In this document: positions 12,620 to 26,149 of the stretch, piece by piece | Numbering within the stretch: the first letter of the stretch is position 1 | Layout: every line of letters begins with the position of its first letter | Assembly (NCBI RefSeq): GCF_006345805.1 | Contig: NC_043006.1 | Coordinates: 60,822,001-60,886,000 of the forward strand | DNA length: 64,000 bases | Reading direction: 5' to 3' | Source: Octopus sinensis | Lineage: Eukaryota | Notes under the pieces: model-generated | Databases searched by the model: none | The model's input: only the letters and a program-made list of their open reading frames with translations | What the model was told of the DNA's origin: nothing | Position numbers and translations under genes: made by a program

Positions 12620-13815
12620 TGTACGCGGTTTATTTATTAAAGACCGCCCTTGACCCACTCCCCAAGGTCTGGGATGAACAAAACTTCGCGTAATTATTAG
12701 TTCTTCCCTACATAACCACCACCAATGTTGACACACTTCTCCCATCGCTTTATACTCCTGTGAAGACCCAGTCTATAGAAGTTGGTAGGTTGCATTTGGA
12801 GTCAAGGTTTTACTTCGAAAATAAGTTGATCATCGTCTGCAAAATGTGTCCCCTTCAAAAAGACTTCATGGTTGGAAAGAGGTGGAAGTTAGATGATACG
12901 AGGTCAGGAGAGTAAGAAGTATAAGGAAGGATTTCATTGCCGCAGGCGTTTGCTTTCATATGGGCAACAAGCGCATTGTGAACAGGGGCGTTGTCCCGTT
13001 AATTGTGGTGCCCTTTGCCAGAAAATCCATCATCTCTACTACGCGCTGGTCCCAAAAGTCTGTGACCATCATATTGCCTGCTGAGCGTTGGACACGAGAA
13101 TTCTTTGGAGGAGGTGAGCTATCATGCTTCCATTGCTTCGACTGAACTTTGGTCTGGATTATAATCATGTACCCATGTTTTATCCCGTGTGATAAATCTG
13201 TCGAAAAAGTCCTCCTCGTTTTCTTGGCACATTGCCAAAACAGCCTGGGAACTGTTGACTCGTCCTGCTTCTGAAAAGGTGTTAGCGTCCGGTGAATCCA
13301 TCGTGACGACATCTTCCGTATGTGCAAATGGTCATGAATGATTTTTTCCCCGGACCCTATACCTATCTTCACCGAATAATTATGTAGCAATCTTCCAAAA
13401 TGGCGGCTTCCAGTTTATAGATGGCGTCATCATCAATGGCGGAAAGTGGTCGTCGAGAAATAGGAGCAGTTTACACCGATGTCCGTCCACATCTGAACTA
13501 GAGATGCCAGTTCTTGACTACGTCGTATGATGGTGCATCGTCATCATACGCGTCTTTCACCTCATCGAAAGACTCTTTTGGTGTATGACCATACAATTCT
13601 AAGGACCAGACCACTGATCTGCATTCATCTGCATCCATTATAACTCCTTAGTCCACTTCAACAGCCATAAAAGAAACAAATGCGAATGGAAAGCTGCAAT
13701 TTATTATGTGGCATGTAGAAAGATATATGATTCTACCTGTTCAAGTTCCGTTATCTGCAGTAATCGGATGTGAATCACATTATCTTTGAATTAAAAATAT
13801 TTTTGTCATAAACGT
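12620..13815 (-). mobile_element. Mariner (DD34D-type) transposon, decayed; transposase homology ~12700-13638
   Basis: MDADECRSVV..YDVVKNWH..HDHLHIRKMSSRWIHRTLT..DRFITRDKTWVHDY..QSKQWKHDSSPPPK..SAGNMMVTDFWD; several stops and frameshifts. Element ends are approximate. Confidence 0.9.
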
Positions 13816-15032
13816 ATATACATATACTATGATTATGTCTCTGTTGCATGAAGTAGGGAGTATGTGTAAAATTTATTAAACGTGAAAGATCGGGTGCTAG
13901 ACGTCAAGAAAGATACCAAATATACAAGTATACTTTGTTGTATGTAAGTTTGGGGAGGTATTATATGAACACATATTTAAAGAGGTCTGAGAGCCTATAT
14001 ACCGAAGATAATTTCTTATTTTTGCTTTACTGTGCAGATGACAAATGTAATAATGCAAATATTGATACCAACTACATATTCACTAAAGAAAAAGAACGCA
14101 GCATATTGTTGCAATTTGTTTGCCTTTGTAATTTATGCTTAGCATGAAATTAGCGTATATTGGTAGAAAACTTTCATCAAAGATATTCCAAAAATGATTA
14201 ACCTGACTTTCATTTGATCATTATTTATCTAACTCTACATTATTGATATCACTTCGGCTATCTCTAGATAGTAGGTTCTAAATTGTGTAACATTTAGTTC
14301 CTATTTCAAGCAGATAAATCAGTTACTGATAGGTAAAATGCGTATATGCACATATAGAAATTAAGCTCTAGTTATATCTGGTTTAATTTGTCTATAATTA
14401 GTGATATAAGTATAAAAGTCAAAAAGGGAATATTGGGTTTGAATTAGAAAACATTACCTCCTTTAATTAGACGAAATTATTATGAAAATAAAGGATTTTA
14501 ATGAAGGATTTTCAATAATGCCGTAAGTAATGAGTTCGTTAATTAGAAATGATAGGCATGGTGTTTGAATGCAAGTAGAGTATGTAGAAATAAATCAAAG
14601 TTGCATTAAAGAGTACGTAAAAAAATCCCGAAAGGCAATTGTGAAGGAAGTATAATTAAGTGGTTCAGAAAAATACAATGGAAAGTAGTATAAACAAAAA
14701 TCTAAAAGAAACTAGAAAAGTATAAAGGGTGAATACAATAACGTGCCTATGTTAGAGTCTATGTTATATACTTTTGCCTGGGCGCGATATTTGAGGACAT
14801 TTAATTATCAGTATAATCAATTACAATGGTTTATTTCTTTCAGATCCCCAAGCAGCAGATAATATACTTTTACACAATACATGTGATAATTGATGCCATA
14901 TGTGCATAACACAGTGATTTAGAAACGGCCAACTTTCTAAATGTTGTAAGATCATTTATACACGAAGTTCAGTTGGAACTGGAATATTCTGGTGAGACCG
15001 CTTCGACTATATCAAGGAGGAAAGCAAAAACA

Positions 15033-15463
15033 TTACTCTTTACTCTTTTACTTCTTTACTTGTTTCAGTCATGTGACTGCGGCCATGCTGGAGCACCGCC
15101 TTTAGTCGAGCAAATCGACCCCGAGACTTATTCTTTGTAAGCCCAGTACTTATTCTATCGGTCTGTTTTGCCGAACCGCTAAGTGACGGGGACGTAAACA
15201 CACCAGCATCGGTTGTCAAGCAATGCTAGGGGGACAAACATACACACACACAAACACGCACACATACACATATATACATATATATATATATACATATATA
15301 CGACAGGCTTCTTTCAGTTTCCGTCTACCAAATCCACTCACAAGGCATTGGTCGGCCCGGGGCTATAGCAGAAGACACTTGCCTAAGATGCCACGCAGTG
15401 GGACTGAACCCGGAACCATGTGGTTTGTTAGCAAGTTACTTACCACACAGCCACTCCTGCGCC
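15033..15463 (-). mobile_element. tRNA-derived SINE (family A), full length, with internal (AC)/(AT) microsatellite
   Basis: Minus-strand head GGCGCAGGAGTGGCTGTGTGGTAAGTAAC..GGTTCCGGGTTCAGTCCC (A/B boxes) and (AAAAGAGTA)n-like tail. Near-identical copies at 28973-29367 and 51455-51897. Confidence 0.9.
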
Positions 15464-16209
15464 ATTCTTAAGATCCAGGCACATAAAAGCCTCTGCAATT
15501 CATCTAGCGGGTTCAAAACATTATTGATGATAATACTGGAAAAATCAGTGAGGGCCATCGCCAAAGAACTTCTGCTGTCGGGGTGTAATATCAGAATTGT
15601 AATGCACTAGGCCACTCCATACTAGTTATATGCATTACGGAGAGGCAAACTGATGTCTGTAAAAATAATTGAAAAGTGTTTGATTCTTCCCATGCGGTTA
15701 GTTAACCTGCTCAAACGAGAGAGTAATCGACGCTAAGGCAATGATATAACTTTACTGAAGGCTGCCAGAATGCCGGTGATGTCCATAATGAATAAGAAAT
15801 ATTTAATGCAGGCACGTCAACATTTCCTGTCCTGTAATAAAGGTGTCCTCACTGCTGAAGCCGAATTCATATGGTAATCTGATACAAAGAAAACTTATGG
15901 AGTATATGCGTACATATTTTTATTAAAATATGTTTAGTTTTTATAAGATTGGCATCTAATATAACTATCTAGACACGCATACACATACACACACATACAC
16001 ACAAACGCCTAACGTTTACAAATATACATATATAAAGGATTGGAGTATATAATTAAAAATATCACTGGGATACAGACCTAAGGGCGATATTTAAAAGAAA
16101 AAAATGCAACATACTGTGCGTAAATAACAGGAAAATGCAATTTTGCTGATATTAGCTCATAGATTAAATATAAATTAATATGTATGTGAAATGAGGCAAG
16201 AATGTAGTT

Positions 16210-16760
<551 letters not shown>

Positions 16761-16767
16761 CACACAA

Positions 16768-17040
16768 GTTCACCATGTGCGTCATAAGCAGTACCGCAGA
16801 AAAAAACTGCAGTTTAGTATCAGGGAGTAAAAGAAAACGAAGAAAAATATAACGAAACTAACCAGCCCTTAGTTAATCATGTACACGTTTCAGGATTAGA
16901 ATGGTGTAAATTTCATTTCCCTCTTCAGCATCAAATTCCAGATTATAAATCTGAAAATGCTAACAAACCTATTCACGCTCGATCAGGCGACATTGAACGT
17001 AACATAAGAGAAACAGCATTTCCGAATTCATATACACGAG
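16768..17040 (-). mobile_element. Copy of the 553-bp HHR-containing repeat family, circularly permuted and internally deleted
   Basis: Reverse complement matches 35580-35780 followed by 35500-35558; contains the HHR motif at 16876-16931. Confidence 0.85.
16876..16931 (-). ncRNA. Type I hammerhead ribozyme motif (core intact, stem I weakened)
   Basis: Minus strand: ATG CTGAAGA GGGA..TCCT GAAA CGTG TA CAT. Confidence 0.65.
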
Positions 17041-17055
17041 TTATATCTATAATAG

Positions 17056-17146
<91 letters not shown>

Positions 17147-17375
17147 GTGTGTGTGTATGTGTTCGTGTGTGTGTGTGTAATATTTGGGACTAATGGGTAT
17201 AAATTGACTGGCGTACCGAACTGTGGAGTAGAGCACTCGCACGGCTTGGGCTACCTGATGTCTTCCGCAGTTGGGGTGTATTTCCGTTGGATCTACTTCC
17301 CTAACTCGACAAGCCAATAAAAACATGACTGCCAAAACTCAAGATCTTTAAGGAGCCACTACTTTAGGTATGGAC

Positions 17376-17479
17376 GTACCTGATGGGATCCAGACTGCAA
17401 AATGGTTGCAACACAACATGTTGTATAGAGTCCCACCCATAAGGGACAGTAGCGGGATGGTTCGAAACGATCGTTGTAC
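17376..17479 (+). ncRNA. Degenerate type I hammerhead motif (A9G) in a probable PLE terminal-repeat remnant
   Basis: GTAC CTGATGG GATCC..GGTTC GAAA CGATCG TT GTAC; palindromic stem III ACGATCGT; AATAAA just downstream. Confidence 0.45.
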
Positions 17480-17544
17480 ACAATAAAGACTAAAAACAAA
17501 TCCATTTTATGGTTACTTAATCAATTATATATATATATATAATA

Positions 17545-17785
17545 TTAAATTAGAGATAAAACCACTATTAGGCAAATCATACAATGAAAAACTCAAGCCA
17601 ATAAATAAGATTAATTAATTTATATTATTTTAAATATATATCAAAATTATTAAAAAAAGATAATTAGTATAACACTACGATCGTTTTATCTCTAATTTAA
17701 TATAATATAATATTTTACTATAAAATTGGATTCAATCCTAAATCTGATTTTTCCCTGTAAGTTTGGATGTATTCCTAATATTTTA
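17545..17785. mobile_element. AT-rich non-coding dispersed repeat with a short internal inverted repeat
   Basis: TAAATTAGAGATAAAA recurs inverted at ~17683-17698. Homologous copies lie at ~46826-47030 (opposite orientation) and ~51295-51455 (partly inverted). Confidence 0.65.
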
Positions 17786-17786
17786 T

Positions 17787-17854
<68 letters not shown>

Positions 17855-17896
17855 CTGTACATCTTCCTTTCCTTTGACTTTGTTTATATGTATTTA

Positions 17897-18690
17897 CAGG
17901 GTGCTATAGTACAGGTTGCAATAGGTAAATTGTCATCATTTCATACTTTTCATTGTTTGTTTTTGATAGTATAGTAGCGTCATTTGATCACTGTCTGTGA
18001 GAAACCCAGTACTATGACGCAATTCGCTCTGCCATCAATTTGGAAACGACATGATGTAGGGCTTGGCATTCGCGCTGACAGCTCCAATACGAACATTTCA
18101 GAATGTTTGGGTGTCAATCTGACGGCAATGCAACCTAAGGACATGTACCGAGAGTAACAGTAATCAAACAGCCAGTCAACATTATGGTAGTTGGATCGAT
18201 CACTAGTGATGGCGACGTTACGCCTCCATTTATCTTCCCTCATGGCCTCCGACTCAACATGGAGGCCTACATCAAATGCCTGGAGGAGGTGATGCTGCTT
18301 TGAATCAAGAGGATGGCTGCTGGAAGACACTATGTCTGGCAACAGGAATCTGTACTACACCATACAAGCAGGAGAACCCAGCCATGGCTGTCAGACAATT
18401 TTTGCGACTTCATCCCCCTAAAATCTGGCCATCTAACTTCCCAGACTGCAACCGCCTTGTTTATTACGTGTAGGGCGCAGATGAGCGAGAGACCAAGAAA
18501 ACTCCTTGTAATACTAAAAATGAATTGAAGGCAAGGATTACGGCAGCATTCATCAACTTAGAGAAGAACACCGCCTAGAATAGTTGCAGGAGATTCCAAA
18601 ATCGTCTAGAGGCCATGTTTGAATCCAATGGCGATTTTATTGAAATAAGACTTACTCTTTAGTATTTCAATATACTTTTATGTAATTTTG
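17897..18690 (+). mobile_element. maT/DD37D-like Tc1/mariner transposon, internally deleted and decayed
   Basis: KQPVNIMVVGSITSDGDVTPPFIFPHGLRLNMEAYIKCLEEV..RHYVWQQESVLHHTSRRTQPWL..KIWPSNFPDCN..NELKARI..RRFQNRLEAMFESNGDFIE*. Confidence 0.85.
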
Positions 18691-18699
18691 GTAAATATA

Positions 18700-19891
18700 C
18701 ACTGAACCGCAAAAGAAACGTGATTTTTATATGGTAAATTCTGAAAATTTATTTTAGGGATGTAAGTGTAAATATTCCAAAACGTGATGGTTTATGGATG
18801 AGACCCAAATTGCAGGTAACATTTCAATTTTCCCTGAAATAAGACACAAAAAAACAGATACTTTGAATACCGTGGGAGGCAGTCGGAAACAATTGTTATG
18901 AAAATCGAAATGCACATGCATCTCGTGGACGTTATGGGTATATAAATCAACTTGAATCACGTTCATTGAATTCATAATTTCTGCGCAGAATCGTCTGTCG
19001 TATTGTTTTACGAAAGGTTAGTGAAAATTATCTAAAATTGTAAAAATTGCGAATATTCTGTTCTATTTTGTTGATTGTATTTTTGAATACTCATATTGCT
19101 AGATTACAGCTGAATTGTTTTATGCTGTTCCCCTTTTGTAGAGGGCTGTGTAGATATGCCCTATACTGATAGCATGAGTTCGTTTGAGTATTCCCCCTCA
19201 CAAGAGCCCTTCATAATGTGAATATGATGGACTTCGCAAAGGCTGCTAAAAGCAGCCAGAAAAATAACAATTTAAAACAAGTTGGAAAGTTCAATGATTT
19301 CTTTAAAAAGATGGAAGTAATTTTAATGTGACCCCCTCCTAGGGGATGTAATGTTGAGTCAGACGGGGAGCCAAAAAATAGAAATTTCGGCGGAGAGCCA
19401 AAAAATAGAAATTCTGTCTCCGAGCCAAATTGAAATGGCATTAAAGCTCATATGGAGCGATACAGTACACATTAACAGAGGTATAAAGTGCGTAGCAGTG
19501 GAGGTGCAGTTCCGAGATGCAGCAACCGCCAGGCTGCACTCTGTAAACACGCTAATATCGAAGGAGTGTAGTGCTCTTACCCACCTACCTGGGAAGACGT
19601 TCTTCCAGGGTGAAGATGGAGGACACACATCCAGAGATAAATGCAGTCTGGCTGGTGGACTGTTCTGAACATCTCGGGAGGGCATACACGGTGTTGAACT
19701 TGTCACGCCCTACAATCTCAATGTGTTGGATCCGCTCACTAGCAGAACACATAACAGCGACCCGTAGACTGTGGTCAAAGTATATGCAAGAAATTGACTT
19801 TATCATATTTATAGAAATTAATCTCCGAAATAATGAAATTAAAACATATTTCACAGTCACACACATCTCGCGTTTCTTTTGAGGTGCCGTG
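18700..19891 (-). mobile_element. Tc1-like transposon remnant defined by TIRs and TA flanks
   Basis: TA|CACTGAACCGCAAAAGAAACGTGA vs right reverse complement TA|CACGGCACCTCAAAAGAAACGCGA; weak minus-strand Tc1 N-terminal similarity (RLLHLRN-T-TAT). Confidence 0.6.
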
Positions 19892-19983
19892 TATCTTTTA
19901 AAAGGACATGTCAGTGTTATTTTACATTTTGCGTAACTTAGACGTCAGTTTATTCCCCATGTGTGTTTGTGTGCTTGTTTGTT

Positions 19984-20015
<32 letters not shown>

Positions 20016-20039
20016 GGGGGTGTGTGTTTGCTTTCTCTT

Positions 20040-20480
20040 ATACGAACAAAGCCATCGCTGGACAAAAAAAACATTATATGAGTCCACAGCTCCGCCAAAG
20101 ATTTGCCCATTTTATTGCATAATGCTCATTCTTGGAAAAGGTTTCGGTACCGCAGTATGAAATCTTTTGACATGCCTTTTAATTCTCCAGTTGAAAGGCA
20201 CACCTTTCCACATGTTGCACATTATTTTGTTGTCAACAACAGTTGTATCGTAATTTACAAGGGGCCCATTCCTGTTGCTTCTTTGGTGACTGGCCAAGCC
20301 TGCACGACTTAAGTATTTCCGCCTACAAATCACACACAAAGAAACCAATACACCTTCATTTTCTATTGGTTCAGTTTTTCTAAGCTTTCTCCTGATCTTC
20401 TCGTGCTTCATTCAATCTCTTTGAAAGCAGTCTTCGAAACCTATTTCGGGTCTTTGTGCTGGCCTTTTAAGATCTTTATA
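20040..20480 (-). mobile_element. RTE-like LINE 3' fragment with C2H2 zinc fingers, decayed
   Basis: HEKIRRKLRK..CVICRRKYLSRAGLASHQRS, then a frameshifted second finger ending GGLKRHVKRFH; homologous to 9079-9487. Confidence 0.7.
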
Positions 20481-20494
20481 TATGTTTGCGTGTG

Positions 20495-20930
<436 letters not shown>

Positions 20931-21338
20931 TTTCATGTGCACGTCCTCCTGTTTTGTCATTGTTATTTTTAATGTTCGATTTCCTGTTCGTGTTTCTTTT
21001 ACTGTGAGCATTAATGAAATTCAGAGCCAAACACTAAAAGTTGCTGGATTGCAACTTGAACAACCATGCTTTTTCACATGGCTAACTTTATGTAGCAGCA
21101 TTGTGTGTGGGAGCAAAAGCGAGTCTTTTTGCTTATGCACTTCGAAATAAAAACAAGAACATTGTTTATAAAGAAATAGTAACTCTTAATGCTACATGAT
21201 TACTTCATGCTCTTAATGCTACACGATTAACTTTCATCCTCCACCTTTCTCATTAAAATATATATATACAACAAACTCTGTGAAAGTGAACGAACGTTAC
21301 CGGCAAGCTACCAAATATATACAATACGTTTTATTATC

Positions 21339-21372
21339 TAATAATAATAATAATATTAATAATAATGATGAT

Positions 21373-21406
<34 letters not shown>

Positions 21407-21480
21407 TGATGATGATGATAATAATAATAATAATGATGGTGATGATAATAATAACAATAATAACAATAATAATAATGATG

Positions 21481-21541
<61 letters not shown>

Positions 21542-21590
21542 TAATAATAATAATGATGATAAAAATAATAATAATGATGGTGATAATAAA

Positions 21591-21622
<32 letters not shown>

Positions 21623-21665
21623 TAATAATGATACTAATAATAACAATAATAACAATAATAATAAC

Positions 21666-21715
<50 letters not shown>

Positions 21716-21736
21716 CAATAATAATAATAATAATAC
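21339..21736. repeat. ~400-bp (AAT)n microsatellite
   Basis: Direct reading; source of the poly-Ile and poly-Leu ORFs in the track. Confidence 0.97.
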
Positions 21737-21749
21737 AATACTTATCGAA

Positions 21750-22705
21750 AATGTGATGCACCCACGAACATTTAAGAAACTAAGAAACAAAAAAAGAAGA
21801 AAGGGTGATCAACTGGTAGCTGAAACTACTGCATGGGCAATACCTCAGGAAAAGATCAACTCTTGGAGATGGCTAAGAAAAAGTGATCTGAAAGTATGTA
21901 GTGAGGCATTGATATCCAGCGTCCAGGAACAAACTCTGAGAACTAATTACACCAAGTTCCAAATAGATAAGAGTAGTGAATCACTCCTTTGTAGGATGTG
22001 CGGCAGCAGTAACGAAACAATTTCACATAGTGTGGGTGAGTGTAGCAAATTGGCTCAAAAGCACTACAAAAGGTGGCACGATAACGTGGCTAAGTTCGTT
22101 CACTGGAGGCTATGTGAAAAAGTAAGGCTTGAAGAGAGCATGGAAATTGTACGAACAAGAGCCAGAAGGAGGCACGGAGGACAAGGGACCAAAGGTACTG
22201 TGAGATTTTACAATCTAATGTGACTCCCAAATGGAGGCTCGGAAATCAGATATTGGTGCGGTAGATAAAGCTAAAAAGGAAATCAAGATCATAGATATAG
22301 CAATACCTGGAAATGCACGCATAAGTGACAAAGAACTAGAAAAAATTGAAAAGTACAGACTATTAAAAGACAATATGGCAAAAATGTGGAGTATGAGGAA
22401 AGTGTCTGTTATTCCAGTAGTTGTAGGGGCACTCGGAGCACTAACAATCGAGTTCGAGAAATATAGCAATGAAATCGGAATTGACATGAGAGCAGTGCAA
22501 GCCCCCCCCCCAACTTTTCTGCTGGAGAGAGCTGGGATTTTGAGATTGGTATTTGGATGTTGAATGTCTCCACGATAATTAACAACTAAGCCTCAAATCT
22601 TATGATGTGTAGAAAGAGACCATGTGAGACTTCTAATAGCAGGCTGCTGTTCGTTCCCACAGAATCTGTCAGAACAAACAAGACCGAATGTTCTGAGAAG
22701 TAAAG
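21750..22705 (+). mobile_element. R4/Dong-like LINE 3' fragment (zinc knuckle plus restriction-like endonuclease), 5'-truncated
   Basis: WRWLRKSDLK..QEQTLRTNY..CRMCGSSNETISHSVGEC..HDNVAKFVHWRLC, then KKEIKIIDIAIPGNARISDKELEKIEKY..VIPVVVGALG (PD..D-type RLE); flanked by (AAT)n and (AAC)n. Confidence 0.9.
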
Positions 22706-22706
22706 C

Positions 22707-22858
22707 GATAACAACAACAATACCAACAGCAACAACAATGAAAACAACAACAACAATAACATCAACAACAACAACAACAGCAACAACAATAACAACAACA
22801 ACAACAACAATAATAATAATAATAATAACAATAATAATCATAATAATAGTAATAATAA
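22707..22858. repeat. (AAC)n-(AAT)n microsatellite
   Basis: Direct reading. Confidence 0.95.
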
Positions 22859-23215
22859 GACTAAAACAATACCTGTTGTCATAGGTGCCCTGGGAATGAT
22901 AGCGAAAGGTACTGATTGCTACCTAACTCAGATACCAGGAAACCCCAAAATGGCAGAAATTCAAAAGATAGTGCTCATGGGAACTGCTCATATCCTACGC
23001 AAAATACTATCTATGTAATCCCAAGGTTTAAAAAGAAACTTTTTTTTTTCTTTTTTTTTTATGTATTAGACATTCACTAGTACAACACCAAAAGAAAAAC
23101 AACCCCCCCCCAAAAAAAATATATGGCACAGAACTTCCAACCTGTTGTCTCTTGAGGTCTCTGGGTGAGACTTGGAGCCAACTTGTACAGACATAAAGCA
23201 AAAGTCAAACATAGA
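22859..23215 (+). mobile_element. R4/Dong-like LINE extreme 3' end (second family) with (AAT)n tail
   Basis: KTIPVVIGALGMIAKG..IQKIVLMGTAHILRKILSM* (stop 23016-23018), 3' UTR, then (AAT)n. Confidence 0.85.
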
Positions 23216-23255
<40 letters not shown>

Positions 23256-23489
23256 TAATAATAATAGCAGCGGACTCACGGTCGGAGGATCTGGCTGCGA
23301 TCTGCCCATGTTAGTACAAAAACACTAATTATACAGGTAGAGGTTATTGGATGTCATCAACTACACCAGCTCTTAAATGGGACTTTATCCATATGTCCCT
23401 GACAATGAAAGAGAAATTTGACCGCAACGGGATTTGAACTCACTACATAGAAAGCTTTTGTTCGAAGCTATGTCACTACCAATCCATCT

Positions 23490-23552
23490 AGCCTTCTTCT
23501 TCTTCTTCTTCTTCTTCTTCTTCTTTCGCTGTCGCCACCGCTGCTGCTGCTG

Positions 23553-23613
<61 letters not shown>

Positions 23614-23615
23614 CA
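23490..23615. repeat. (CTT)n-(CTG)n-(CTA)n compound trinucleotide repeat
   Basis: Direct reading. Confidence 0.9.
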
Positions 23616-24244
23616 TCAGTGAGAAAAATAACAATATCACTTCACAGTCGATATAGTCAAAGCAAAATGTATTGAATAGAAAAAATTAGGAACTCATCAC
23701 AATTCGACAATAATAGTGCTTCAATTTGGGGTTTATAATATTTATATTGAGATGTATAGAAAGATATTTATATGCATCGAGCAACGAAGAGATGACTGAA
23801 TGTGGGAAAATTTTTAAAAATAGGAAGAAGAATGATATAACATATAGCTGATAAGATATTCTCTTGTCAATCTTTTTACGAATTCTAAAATCTTGTTTGT
23901 GGTGGAAGGATGTGAGCATGAAACGAGAAAGGAAATCACTAATAATAGCCTCTCGTGGACATGTTATTTGAATGAATTTGATAAAGGCAAATTGATAGAC
24001 ATTTGGCAGCAAATACAGAATGTGCTTGAAAACATAGCGAACTAATAACCATCTTTTAACTGAGCGTTATAAGCTAGAACAAAAATGTTATAAAAGCAGA
24101 CAAGATTGTGTCGATAGCAAGAAATACATTGGAATATTGGAAGCGGGGCAGAGGGCTGTGTCGTAAGGGGGCAACAACATAAGCCTCAGGCCATTATTTT
24201 AAATGATAATTACAAGACTTTATGGTATGTTCCCTTAGCAACTG

Positions 24245-24560
24245 ATTACATTACTGAAGCAATGCCACCAGCTCTGACGGTAAAGAACGCAAAGAGCAAT
24301 TTGTGTAAGTTTATTGTCGTTGCAGCTCCGTGTGATAGTAGAGTGGAATCATGGGAACTGTAAAAATTCAGGCATATTAGGACATTTTCAAATGAAGAGG
24401 AACACAAAGAGAAAATTGTTCCTGTGGCAATTGGTGCACCCCACACAACACCGAAACTGTTAACTAACAGGCAGAGGACTGATAAAATCCACTCACACAT
24501 TGTCAACTCGCAGAATTGTGTTCGACAATAATCTGCAAGAGGCTTGAAAGGTTGTTAAAC
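24245..24560 (+). mobile_element. Old R4/Dong-like RLE fragment
   Basis: CKFIVVAAPCDSRVESWEL..KIVPVAIGAP.., a degenerate match to the RLE C-terminus. Confidence 0.55.
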
Positions 24561-25272
24561 CTCGTTGAGAAGGTAAATGTGGTCATTATCGTTATCGTCG
24601 TCGGCTTTGTCTCGTATTCGAGAAATTTTCTTTGCTGAACGCTTCCTCTATAGTGATGCCGTTGATGACATTGCAGATTAATTCTTACATAGAAGAGACG
24701 ATGGTATTTACAGGATAGTACTGATGGTGGATGATGAGGTTGATTTTGTCATCTTTCTCTCCTGTCGTTGATTTTTTTTCCCCTCTTCTGGTGTTTTCAA
24801 AATGTTTGGTGCCGATGGTGAAAGGACACCGCTACTTGGTACGGTCTCCCGCCCGAGCATTTTCTTTTCGACACCTTGTAAGCGAGCATAGAAAAAAAAA
24901 CAGAATTGCATGAGTATCATTGAAAGAGGGTATTGGAAGGTGATCCTACAATGTAGATTTAAAGGAACGAATGAGAGATATGGATGCGAACCAGAGGCTA
25001 TTATTGCTGACTTGCTGAAAGTGCCACCTTTATATACTGCAAGATTTCTAAGAAAGATTCATAAGATTTGTGGAAACAAGTCTTCATCAAATTGCAGGAC
25101 ATCCTAGATAGCTATGCTTGCGTGTAATAGCATAATAGTAACAATGATTTCAAGTTTCGGCACAAGACCAGTAGCTGCGGGGTAGGGCGTAGTCGATTGC
25201 ATTGACACCATTACTCAACTGGTATTTATTTCATCGACCCAAAAAGGCTACTACTACTACTACTACTACTAC

Positions 25273-25305
<33 letters not shown>

Positions 25306-25306
<1 letters not shown>

Positions 25307-25720
25307 TGTGGAAGACTGCGTGCGTATCGAACTTGAGAGCATAATGAGATAGAGATACCTAGACCAATGTAAGGAAACCTTACTAGCGACAGTTAGGAAC
25401 GAGGGGGTATTGAGAGCAGAGAAAAAAAGGGAAGGCAAAGGAAGAAGTACAAGAAGGACATGAAGAAGAATTACGCAAGAATGGACTACACAATCAATTC
25501 CATATTGCAACACCAGAATTTGCTGGAAAAAATAGGGGGGATTCGCTGATGAAAGGAACCCTAAAAAAAAAATGGAGACCGAGAAGACTGTACTAACTGC
25601 GCAGGATCAAGCTTTGGCCACGAACTGGCGGTTCAACCTCAAGAATGAGCAATTGTCTCCGCTGTGCCCCATCTGAATAGAATTGATGAAACGGTTACCC
25701 AGCGGATAGCTGGCAGAATC
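25306..25720 (+). mobile_element. Old R4/Dong-like fragment (pre-zinc-knuckle region) following (AAT)n
   Basis: IVEDCVRIELESIM..KNGLHNQF..ETEKTVLTAQDQALATN..SPLCPI..DETVTQ. Confidence 0.65.
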
Positions 25721-25729
25721 GTTTCCGCG

Positions 25730-26075
25730 CTGGACGAAATTATTATCGGTATTCGCCCGTCGCTACGTTCTGAGTTCAAAGTCCGCCGAGGTGACTTTAC
25801 CTTTCATCCTTTCGGGATTGATAAATTAAGTACCAGCTGACTACTGGTTTCGAATTGATTGACTGTGACCCCCACAACACAAAAATGTGCCTATAGTAGC
25901 AAGGTTTATTATTATATTAGCGACATTTTGTCTTTATGTACGTTCTGAGTTCCGCCGAACTCGACTTTGCCTTCCATCCTTCTGGGGTCTATAAAATAAG
26001 TAACAGTTGAGTACTGCGGCCTATGTATTCGACTATCCTCCACCCCTAAATGTTTAGGCCTTGTACCTATATTAG
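25730..26075 (+). mobile_element. Two degenerate family-B SINE fragments ending in (ATT)n
   Basis: ACGTTCTGAGTTC..CCGAGGT-GACTTT-CCTTTCATCCTTTCGGG cores. Confidence 0.7.
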
Positions 26076-26080
26076 AAAAG

Positions 26081-26137
<57 letters not shown>

Positions 26138-26149
26138 ATTATTATTATT

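Noticed and set aside
14030-14990. Acceptor-like sites at ~14038 and ~14842 as host exons
   Set aside because: All frames close within about 40 codons and there is no recognisable homology.
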